Shown piece after piece: positions 42,143 through 53,600 of a DNA stretch of 64,000 bases (the first letter of the stretch is position 1; each line of letters starts with the position of its first letter). The DNA comes from Lingula anatina. Its lineage: Eukaryota > Animalia > Brachiopoda. The notes under the pieces were generated by a model, which was given only the letters and a program-made list of their open reading frames with translations, made no database searches and was not told the origin of the DNA. The position numbers were made by a program, and so were the translations under genes. Location: assembly GCA_051362555.1 (NCBI GenBank), contig CM120641.1, positions 5,022,001-5,086,000 on the forward strand, read 5' to 3'.

Positions 42143-44803
42143 TGCAGAGTCATTTTTCTTGCTTCTGCCTGATATCCAGTGTCAGCTAGGCATGAAAATG
42201 GCAGAAGCTGTTTCTTTGCCATTTTAAACCAGTGAGCATGAGTAGTAGCGTGCTAACAAGGTATTTTTTTGGAAACTATTTGTCATTTTATTCTAGAAAT
42301 AAACTGGGAGAGCAGCTTTTAAGCTTTGTTTAACAATTACAGCAAAAAACCAGGAAGTGAAATCAGTTTATAGTATATAATCATTTAAATTTTGTATTTA
42401 CTTTGAAATTTTACACATATTTGTACATGAATTTTTTACTTTGTATACCATGACATTTATTTTTGTTGTGATATATTATATTGTATTGGAGCAGTTAATT
42501 AACACTTTCAGCGTATGATGAATTTAAGGCAAGCAATATCAAATTTAATTTATTTGTCTTACTGGTATTTTATTGGGTGAGCTTTTTCAAAACTGGCAAT
42601 CTTCATCCCTACCAAAGATAAGGTACCAGCTACATATCTGCTGTTTTCTCATTTGTTTTAAAATCAAAATTTCTCATCAATATTTTTTTAAAATTATATG
42701 CAAACAAATATAAATTATTTTAGATACTGATATTATTTTAGTTAATATTATTATTGAACACCCTTTTGATTTGGTTTTCTTTTAATGTCAAATTTTTGGT
42801 AGTTTAATATTTAAGATAAGTACTTAAGATAACTTTTTTATTATAAAAGAACTCTAATTAGAATAAAAGGAAACTTTAAAATGTAGATTGCAAAGAAAAT
42901 CTTCTTGAGCAAAAGGAAGAGCATGCATATGTTTTATATGAAATTCATCATGTTAACTTTATAAATACTTTGTATTCAAAATATTTTTTCAAAACATTTT
43001 GCACTGTGATATTTTGTCTTTGTGTAACTCCCACCATTACTGCAAAAACATAATTATGTCTTATTTAAAATTTTTTGTATGGCCAAAAATGCAAGCCAAT
43101 TTATTAGAAATTTTTGCGGGCATCTCTTTCTCTCTAGCTCTCTCTCTTGCTCTTTGCATTATACATGTAATGCGACTAGCACTGTTAATAACAACATATG
43201 AATCCAAGTTTTGTTATGGCATTATTTAAATTTATTTTTCGATTTGATTGATTAAAAATTAATTAGATCTAATTCGATTATTACATATTGCTTTTTACTT
43301 TTGTATATTATATAATGTTGTGTACAAGGAAGCGTTGTATATGTAAAATTCAAGGCACTGTTTCTTTAAATACTGTAAAAACCATTGCATTTTTCTACAA
43401 CATGTGTGCTTTACCCTTTGAAATGGTGTGTTCTACCAATTAATTTCCCAAACTATCTCAGAGCCCTATGTGTCCTTTGGATGGGTACTTTCTAGTAATC
43501 TCATATGTGAACTGAATTATTGATGAATAATGTCTTCCGTCCTGTGCATTGCTTGCTTAATGTCTCTAACTAATAAGAAGGATATGTGTATGATAGAAAT
43601 GTCAATAGTCAAAGATTGATATTCATTTTTGAAAAACAACTTGGCATTTCACATAGGCATGATCTTGAGATGTTGTAAGAGTTTGAATAGATATTTTTAG
43701 ATTATTTAATAAATCATTATTTAATATGGTAGTTACTTTTGAAAATCTATCATTTTTGAAAGTATCTGTCTGTCTATTTGTGTGTAAGTATTTCTGTTAA
43801 CACTGAACAGGTGGCAAATTTGATTATATCACTTGCATTTTTTTTCTAAGGAGGTTTCTGGTATGTGACCAAACATTTTTGGTGATGATAAGATTGTCAT
43901 TCATACCTATTTATACCAGTAAAATGCAAATGTGGCATAAAATGCAGGGAAATGCTTAGTCCTGAAACAGGAAATTGAAAGGGCAGAGTTGTTATTCCTG
44001 TTGCCCTCAATGTTGTTCTAGAAGGGCCATCATTCGTTCTTTTCAGGCCAAGTACATCAGGTCCTTTGCAATGTCAGGGCAATAGGCAGGGGCATTTCCA
44101 GGATTATTTGAAGGGGAGGTCTGTGTATGTTTTTTAATTTGCTCTGTTCCTTGCAGGGTTTTATCTATTCACCGAATTAATTATTTAATATCCTGAATTG
44201 TAATGTGGTTGTGCCTTTTTCTTCTTCCAACTACAGGAGGCAACATGCTATGGATTCTAGTAAATAAACATAATTTTTGTGCTTTGTGCACCTTGCCAGG
44301 TTTCCATTCAATTTAATTACATATATTTAAATTTGAAAAAAAATTTTTTTTTTTCTAAAGGCACCCTTATGACTTATAAACATGGTCTAAAATGAATACT
44401 TTTGACAGAAGTGATTATTCCACATTTTATTCCCTTTAATAAAAAAAAAAGGAGTAAAAAGCCCAGATATCTCATGCCCTTGACAATCATCACAAGTCCT
44501 GTGAGGCCCTGGGAGTGGAAAGTTCACTTTATCCAAAGCATTTTATGCAGTGAAGCATTCAATAATGTATGCTGATGCAGCTGTATATATATATATGGAT
44601 TTACAGACACAGACGTCAACCAATTCTTGTTATAATAAATGATATATTAGGAGTGAATGCTGGCAATATGCCATTTGGCACAGAACAGCTACTGACTGCA
44701 TTGACACAATAACCAATTCTGGACATGCAGGATTCACTGAGTTTCATGTAAACAATCATATACCAGTACTTATGCAAATATACTTTTTTTATATTTGTAT
44801 CCT

Positions 44804-44804
<1 letters not shown>

Positions 44805-44841
<37 letters not shown>
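44805..44841. repeat. (CA)n microsatellite
   Basis: ~18 units; another array lies at ~36766-36794. Confidence 0.9.
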
Positions 44842-44842
<1 letters not shown>

Positions 44843-45552
44843 CAGGAATAACCAAAATTTTACACAAAATTCAGGAATCCTTACAACTGAACTTACGAGA
44901 AATTCTTACAACTGAACTTACGGAGTGAACCTGGCTGTAATGATTTATGTTTTAGAATAGGATTGCACTTTGATGTGAGTTGTCAAATGAATCTGTTATT
45001 GATTTTCATCATTGGTGTCACTATATATTTAGGCTAATGCTGATGTTATTAAGCTTAGTTTTCATTTTTCACACAAAAAATACATTATCTGTAATTGGTT
45101 TGTTCTGTTGTACTTGGCCTTTGTTTCAGTTGCTCCTGATGTACATGTATGTGCTTTTGCAAATACAGGTAAAAAGAGATTGATATCTCTTGGTTTGTTT
45201 GTTCACATTTTCTATTAAATTTAATTCAATTTAAGTTAATAATACTTCAGGCCCATAGCATGGAGGGGGGGGGGGGGGTTAAGGGGTTTGCTGACTGGAG
45301 TCCCCTGATCCAGCAAAGAAAGGATGAATACATATATTAAGGCAGTCTTCAATGGAAAATAAATTGATCCTCTGCTTAAGCATGTTCATATCTGTTTAAA
45401 ATCCTAAACAAAAATTAATCTGATTATCCAGTGCCCACTAAGTTACCAATGCTTAGACTCATGCCAATTTCTTTAATTTTTTCACTCTTCTTCTTCTTAT
45501 TATTATTATTATTATGAGATATGACTACATGGGCATTTTGTTAGAAGAAGAA

Positions 45553-45808
45553 TACGTTAATTACTAGATCTTTTCAATGGGGGAAATTGTGAATTTTACA
45601 GATATTGTATTTTTAAGTAATTTCTTTGAATTAGAACATTTTTATTGAGTGATAGCATCAATTAATTTAAAAACAGGCTACTCTGTAATTCTATTCTTTG
45701 CAGCAAAAGCACCACAAATGCTGTATATAAATTTAATTTGTGATTATAAAATTATGTATCTGAAAGTTTGCTTATTTTATGCCCATTGAAAAGATCAAGT
45801 GATTACTG
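45553..45808. mobile_element. MITE family A, copy 3
   Basis: TAATTACTAGATCTTTTCAATGGG / CCCATTGAAAAGATCAAGTGATTAC. Confidence 0.7.
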
Positions 45809-47277
45809 TCTAAGTTGCTTTACCAGCTGTGGGTTTTTGGCAGGAGGAAAATGTAACCACTTTCATCGTGGCTACATTTCTTGTCACCCTTTTGCCGACG
45901 GCAGCATTTCCTAATACTATTTGTCATAATTCTGGCAAGTTTTTTAAAAGTCTTAGTTGAACATTGCATAAAATCAGGCACTTATTCTGAAACTTATTAT
46001 TTTTTTTAAAAAGTTTTTTAAATGTCTTAGTTGAACATTGCATAAAATCAGGCACTTATTATGAAACACATTTTCTTTTTTTATGCCATATATTGTTGTC
46101 ATGATTTTAAGATTTTTAAACCAGTCCCTATGAAGGCACATATAGTCTGCTGATTGAAATATGTAAAATATCGTTAAAACAGATTTTAATCACAGCTTAT
46201 TGTGTACAGGCATGGTGGAAAACCATATGTGACTTATTATCCTCGAACTTACTGGAGTAATTTATGGCAGAAAAATATAGTTCAAGTTTCAATAGCAGCT
46301 TTATTGGACCATTTTCTCGAATTAAGTTATACTGTTATTTGTGAGTTTTTCTTTTTTTTCACAAATTGGCATTTTCAATGTGTTACTTTGAAATCCTGTG
46401 GCCTGAACTATAGTTACATATCTTCAATGTCTATATTACCTGTAGTATGTAATTAAAATTTGATGGTGATTATGCTTTTAAGCATTATGTAGTATTGCAT
46501 CAAAACTGTCAAAAAATAGTGTAGTGGCATCATTATTTTCTGCTCTATTTTATTTTTCCCTGAAAGGGAAAACTTCATTTTCTCACTATCAATCACTCAA
46601 AGGACTATGCAAACACATTTCTGAGTTGGCTTTTTAAATCCATTCAGCCCACCCAAAGTCCTAATTAAACCACTGTTGCTACACTCTGAGGAAAGTTTGG
46701 GTGTCTGGGTATCATTTCGTATACCTCCCCCCCCCCCCCTCCATCAATGGTATTTAATATACCATTTGTAGGGATGTCTTTGTTTTAAACTCTTTTTTTT
46801 AAGAACTTTTTTCTTTGGCCCCATGATGTATACCCTGCAAGAATAGTATTTATAGGCTATAACCCAACAAAAGTTGCATACTCACGCCAATTGAAAAGGC
46901 ATGTATATAGGCTTGTAACATTTCATTGAAATTTGCGGTTGAAAATCATATAATCATAGGGTGTTTTTTAGTTGGTGACTTAGAAGAGAAATTATTGGTA
47001 TTAGAGACATCAAGAAAATGTGTAAATCACATAATTTTTATACACTAAAAGCTAGAGAGGATGCACTTAAAATATGATTTAAGCTAAATTTATATTGACC
47101 ATTATATAATTATATATGAAATCAAATCTGTTAACCTCAATAATTGTGTCATGCACATGCGACACAGTTTGGATATGGATTTATGGAGCGAGTGAACAAT
47201 TTAGATGCTCTGGATACAAATGAATAGCTGTAAAATATTCATTATATTGATCTTACTGACAAATAATTATAAAACTG

Positions 47278-47440
47278 AATGGCTTTGCGGTTAGTGCCCA
47301 CCTCCAAACTGAGAGAATGTTGGTTTGTAGCCCGTCCGAAGTACCCACAAGTTCTTTAATTTTAATTTCCCTATTCCCAGCTTGGTACTCATCAAAAAGG
47401 GAGTGAAGGGGAGGGGATTAAAATATTCATCCTAAACCAC
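47278..47440 (+). mobile_element. Degenerate tRNA-derived SINE fragment
   Basis: A-box-like TGGCTTTGCGG and B-box-like GGTTTGTAGCCC at tRNA-like spacing, followed by a CCCAGCTTGGTACTCATCAAAAAGGG core-like segment. No cloverleaf is evident. Confidence 0.35.
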
Positions 47441-48065
47441 TGTCTCGTCAGAAATTTCTTACTAGTACTTTATTCGTACAGCCAGAGAGAATGGTCCAAT
47501 CTATGTAATTATATGTCAAACCATGGGTTAACCGCAAACCGTGAAGTTGATGGAATGTACTGACCAAAAAAATACTGATTGCAGCGAAGAAATACTAATT
47601 GCGATAGAGGTCTTTAACACATTTTTTCCCATTACAAGCAAGGAACTTGTAAGATCTACCATATAACATTTATGAAGCGAAACGTCATTTAAACGATATT
47701 CCCTTTGTTTTCCTCTTTCAATCCGATGTTTATTCATCTGTCGATTTATAAACATCTTTCATTTTGCTCCCGGCTTATTATGATGTATCACGATATATAT
47801 ACGAGTAAACTTTGGATACCTGCCAACTGCACTTCCATTGAGGTCAATCTCTCCGACCAATCGGAGACCACATGCCACTTTTGCGGTTTACATCTTGGGA
47901 GAAAATATGCTTAGGGAAACGGAGTAATGATATGGAATTGTAAAATCACAAGTTAATGTAAATAATTTGCTTTTTAGTGAAGCAATAACTTATTACATGC
48001 GTCAAGTTGTCATAAACCCACATATTCAAGTTAGACTATCAGATTAAAAAAGAAATGTTTCGTAA

Positions 48066-48117
48066 AGTTGACCTAGTTTCCCTATTGGAAGAGTCCATTT
48101 CTGTAACTAGGTCAACT
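48066..48117. promoter_or_regulatory. Paired ROR/Rev-erb-type response elements (RORE) flanking a CCAAT box in the FAM53-like promoter
   Basis: Perfect 13-bp inverted repeat AGTTGACCTAGTT / AACTAGGTCAACT; each half is WAACTAGGTCA. ATTGG lies at 48084-48088. Confidence 0.6.
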
Positions 48118-48402
48118 CTACACACACCTTCACTCCGGCATTCGATGCAACTGAAAAAGGACGTGTGTGCTATGTACTAACCTAAGGTGCTTCTTTGTCT
48201 CTTTAAACACTTTCGATTTTTAAAATAATTGGCTAGACATTAGTATCATGTATAGTGAATCTTTGGATCACATTGCAAGAATATTGCTTTTCATTTTCTC
48301 AGGTTATTACGGCTGAGCGCTGGCTGCTTGTCGAGCCGGCAGACACCGCTTCGAAACTGAAGTGTGTGAGGTTTTCTCCCATCCAAAGTCGGGAAAACAG
48401 GG

Positions 48403-50409
48403 ATGGAAATGCTCAGGTTACTAACTCAAAAACTAAGATCTCAATCTCTAAACGAAGTCCAGCCATTCCAGCCTCAGGTAAGACAAGTTGACGTGTTTTT
48501 CATGAATTTTTGTTTAACTAAGCGTCAGCGACCGGCCGGTATGCGTTTTACTGATATACTTGGAACATTGCCCATATCGTACATGTTAGTACTGATAAGT
48601 GTTGTGTTGTTATGTTTCCACTGGTGTACTTAAATCGTCAGCGCTGAATACGTTATATTAAAGTACAAGGCAAACATTATATAAGATGTCAATGTATACT
48701 AACGATCGAGTAATGTTGCAAATTTTTTTCTTCGTTTTGCGGTAGTTACGTGTGCTGATATACTTAACGTTAGTATGATATAAAACGGGTCTGACTGCCA
48801 TTTCATTAAACTAAAGGGTAAGAAATTTGGGAGCAGTTTTGATTGCTTTAGAGATTGGTTTGCCCTTGTGCATGTGCCTTTTGTGTGATACGGTATGTCA
48901 TCAACTATGGATCTACCATATTGCACTACGGAAATGTTGAAATCAATGTCATGATTGCTACCATGCATTTGGCTATCAATACAGTAGTAGGGAAATTTAT
49001 AATTAGAATTGAGTCAATCAAAAAGGATGAATTTGGTGTGAAAATATTAAATTATGTACGCAGAAAAAGAGATATACATGTAGATTGGATTAAGTTTGGT
49101 TTATGAGTAAGTTTGAACTACAAGGGTTAGTTGACTTAATTTGATGGAAATAAAGATAAGGGTTAATTTAAAGTACATATTGCAGGACGAAGATGATCAT
49201 GATTCTGGGACTGAATCAGATACAGAAATTAACGAGCTGGAAGAAATAGCACAAAGTAAGTAAAGCACTTCTTGTGCATCTATGCCTTCTCATTGTTACC
49301 ATATGCTTTCTACAATAGCACATGCATGTGCAGGTGATTTAATAGGTCAAAGTGTGTGAGGAATTGACTTAGTAGATTGAGAGACCAGTTTGTCATTGTT
49401 TGCTGGCCTTTGTTTTGCTATATCATCATGTGGCACGTAACTACCACTGTGTGGTTTGTTGGTATTCCTCCTTGTTAACATGCTATCCCTTCAGGTGGAA
49501 GATATGTCTTGAAGGATCTTGTTGTTGTTATTATACTATTATTATTATTAGAACTTTTGTATTTCATGCTTAAGATATCCCCGTGCTTTTTTTTGAACCA
49601 GCACACATCCAATTTTCAGTATAGAATAATGAGGCATATTGGTTCACTAATGGTCAGGCTGACGTATTCATGAGGGAAATTGTGTGGGTTAGGTTTAGGC
49701 TTTCAACAGTGTGCATGCAAGAAAATATTTCAGTCTTGTGCATTTCTGATTATCAGTAAAATCGGCAGGTGGCATGTTGACAAGAAAAAATATTTAAATA
49801 AAGTTGACAGAATAAAAAGTGATCTAAGACAATGGTAAATGTCTTTCAGATATGGAAAACAGCCTTCTTTCAAGCAGCAGCTCTATCTTTGGCAATGGAA
49901 GGGTAGGGCCTCATCCGTTCCAGTTCAGCTTCACTTCTTCACATCTCCCAGCCAGGGAGCTCACTCAATCCCCTCTATCCAGTAACTGTGAACGAAGGAT
50001 GACCAATCACACTCCACATAGCCTGTCTAGTTCATCAGAATTTGAGCACAATAGCTCGGAAGAAGAACTGTCTGTAATAAACAATCGGGAGTCGCATTCT
50101 AAAAGGAAATGGTCCCAAGTGCGCAGGCACAGCTTTGGCGACAGCTCAGGGTCTTCAGATGATGAAGTGAAGGATCTTTTCTCCAAGCCACAGCCCCTGA
50201 TCTTCAGCTCTTCCCCTCCGAAGGGTGTGACGCGATTGACTCGCTCGCCGCCTCCAAAACTCTTCTTAGCCAACATGACACCAGTACAGCTGTATACCTC
50301 TCCAAGGAAGCGCCACCGCTACACCTCTTCTAACACCTCCGAGTACTGTGATTCCAAAGAGTCTGTGATACAAAGGCGGCCAAGTTTAGACTTTGAAAAA
50401 ATGCAGCAG
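48403..50409 (+). CDS. FAM53: FAM53-family-like protein, first three coding exons; 3' end unresolved
   Basis: Exon 48403-48477 gives MEMLRLLTQKLRSQSLNEV, resembling the FAM53A N-terminus MVTLITEKLQSQSLDDL. Exon 49186-49255 gives DEDDHDSGTESDTE. Exon 49850-50409 is Ser-rich and ends SPRKRHR...QRRPSLDFEKMQQ, resembling the FAM53 RPSLDxxKM motif. Phases 0 and 1 are compatible. Confidence 0.72.
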
Positions 50410-50550
50410 GTAACGGTTTTATTTTTTTCTGCTGACCCCAGGTTCACATTAGCTTGACATTTTTTGGGCATCATCTAACAGGTGATTTAGTTTTGGTTAA
50501 AGTATTTATATTTTGAATTATTTTGAGAAAAGACAACAGCTTGAGACAAA

Positions 50551-50685
50551 GGCTTCATTCACATGGAAAGTCTATTTTCTAAAAATCTATTTTCTATTCA
50601 CGGTATATCTTGTGATCACGGTCTGTGCCCTGAATATCCCACGGCGTAATTATATAGAAAATAGACTTTCCATGTGAACGAAGCC
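50551..50685. mobile_element. 135-bp MITE with 31-bp near-perfect TIRs
   Basis: GGCTTCATTCACATGGAAAGTCTATTTTCTA (50551-50581) vs TAGAAAATAGACTTTCCATGTGAACGAAGCC (50655-50685), with 1 mismatch. AAA flanks both sides; the GGC termini are Harbinger-like. Confidence 0.8.
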
Positions 50686-53600
50686 AAATATTACATATTT
50701 TGCTTGCATTTTTTTTCTTATTTTGAAATGTTTTGTCTTTGATATGTTCAAAATTGTATGTAAGAATACCTAAATGGTATATTTTATCCATAACAAAAGG
50801 AGCACAGCACTAAAAGACATTTTCTTTGAAATATAGCATATCATACAGAACACATTGCTATAACATTAAGTTTTAAGTTTAATCCATAGTGGTCTTACCC
50901 CATAAAACATGTACGTAAAAGTCCCATTTAGGAGTTCATATCATATTCATAAGTGCCTTTAAAGCTATGCTACATATATTATCGATGCCTAGAGGTCTTT
51001 TATTGTTTTGTGTGTTTGAGAATATGCTATAATCTCAGGTGTTTTCTTTCAAAATACTGAGCCATACTGCTTTATGTTCTGTCAAAAATTTGCATTTATA
51101 CGATACTTATCTCCATAATGTTTTTTGATTACTTTGGATCAAGTATGTTTTGTTGCTTGAATAGAGGGGTTATAATTAGGTCAAGAAAATTGTTGAGGGG
51201 GGGGTGGCGAGTTAATGTTTCATGGATTAATGGCCTTTGGATTAATGACGACATTTTGTGTGTCTAAGAAGCACAAACGTCCACAAGAATGAAAGCTCTT
51301 ATGTACTTTTGTCATTTCATGCATATTTAATTTGGAAGGGTATAAAGCATTGATCAGTCCCCAATAGTTGTGGAATCCATCTAATGGAAAAGCTGTTTTA
51401 CTACTGCAACTTGGCAATGGAGGTTGTTGTGCAGGCAAAACATACAAGAACATCATTTAAATTTAAAGTACTTAAAGATATAGCAATAAAAAACATACAA
51501 AATGCAGCAATAAACAATGTACAAAATGCATTGAACAATTTTCTGTAAGAATCCCTCTGCCACATTGACATTTTAAAGATTATGTAATTTGCTTAATTTT
51601 TTTAATAGTTTTAGTATTCTGTTTTGGTAAGTACTAGCAAATAAATGTGCTGTACGTTTGTCAATAATTTTTACAAGTTGCAGGTGTTTCTTCCTACTAT
51701 AATAAAGCCTGCAAGTTTTTGATTTAGTAATGATTTTAGTATTCTAGCACCAAGGCGACTTTTTATATCAAACCTGTATATATGTACTCAATCGAAAGGA
51801 AAAACAATGTTTCATGGTTGTAATGGATGGAGTATAGATTTGAATACAAATGGTTTGCTGTTGTTTCAACTTCAGCACACTATCAGATAAGTAAATGGAA
51901 GATGATAAGCAGTGTCGTTAAAGTTCAATGTAATGCACAGAAGTGGTTATTTAAAGTCCAGGGTAAGCTAGACTGGATTCTTGATATAGGGAGACACCCT
52001 GAATCTAAACGGTTACACGAACAAATTAAAGGGTACTTGACTGTATGTGAAAACTGTGATCATCAGGGTGCATCCAGGTGATTTATAACTCTGTTTCACC
52101 CATATCAGGTGGCTGTTTGCCTAGTGTAGGGACAGTGAAAGGGTATTGAGCTAGGGAACTCTATTCTAAACAATGCCACATTCAGGCGATGCAGATCCTT
52201 AGAAATCTTGCCATTTGAGTCCAGAGTGTGGGTTGCTCAGGCTTTGAGTGTTTGAATTATGGATGTGAAAACAGAGAGCAAGGCAAGCTTGGTTGAAATT
52301 GCCCCCTTCATTATATTTGAATTTATTATGATGTTTTGAGAACCTTTAGCACCCACTATGTCTGAAACACTATATAAAATTTTGGAACTTGAGATTGAAA
52401 TGGAATTAAAAGAGCCCAGCAGCAGGCCAGACATGATTTGCTTGTACAGTAGACTGCTTCTGCTGTTATTGGCAGTGAAAGAGGTCTCACTGCCAAAAAA
52501 TAATTTCATAAAAAACAAACCCAGCTGTTACCTCTTTGGTGGTGTGGTGTACATTCAAAAAATCCCATTGCACTTTGAGACAAGCCAATTCAAGTTCATC
52601 CCATTTAGTTTTAGTCAGACATGCCAAGTTGCCCACAGAGGCTGTGTGCCACCCTTAATTTGATTAAAGATTGATCAAAAGAAACAATAGTAGCCATGTC
52701 ACAGTTTGGCACATCTCCCATTGAAAAACATTTCTTTAGTATCTTTGGTTGTAGTCCTTATGGCTGAAGAAGTATCGTTTTTTGGGAACACATGCTAAGT
52801 CTGTTTTATTTTCAAAGCTTTTAGCCTTAGCTTGCCCATCAATAACAGGAAAGAAGATTGTCAAATTCGAGTAACCGAATGAATAATTCACCCTGGGTAT
52901 AGATTTTCAATCTCTCAAAGCCTACATATTCTGCATATCTACCAAGAACTTATTGAAGAACCCTATATCCCCGCTGATATAAAATTGATATTGAGGTAAA
53001 TAAACTTGGTGACAGTTGTCTCAAAAAGGGATTTGTAAACAGGTTACATATTAAGTGTGACTTGTAGATCTGGATTGGGGCCAAGTTAAATTGGGCTTCG
53101 TTTTATCACCAAGCATTTAACATAAAAATGTCAGTTTCCTTCATTTTATAAAAAAAAAATCATTATCAGATTAGATTTTTTTGTCAAAACACCCCTGCAA
53201 AAGTGGATCTTAGCTGATGACTTCCAGAGAAAGTAATGTTTATTTCAGAGAGAAGATTAAAGCAGCGGTAAAAGGCAAGAGAGTATTTGAGCAGATGTGC
53301 TTCCCATCCATTTCATTATTTTCTCCTCCAAACCAACCTTCAATATTAGATGAGACCTTTCAGAAAGGAGGGAATGATAATGTTGTTTGATTGGAAGGAA
53401 TGGGTATTAATAATCTCTGCATGCTCTGTAGTCTAACTGCGAAACTAAGCTGCCAGTGATTTGAAAATGCATCCCCAGGGATCTAGGATAACCTCCTTGA
53501 TAATAGAATTTTTTTATTAGAAATAGCACGTCTTGGACAAAGTGCACTCATTTCCTTCCGAAAAGCATGTCAAGAGACTGAAGCATGAGAGGTTAAAGGG

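Noticed and set aside
47278-47350. Possible tRNA gene
   Set aside because: Degenerate A/B boxes with no acceptor stem or cloverleaf; at best SINE-derived.
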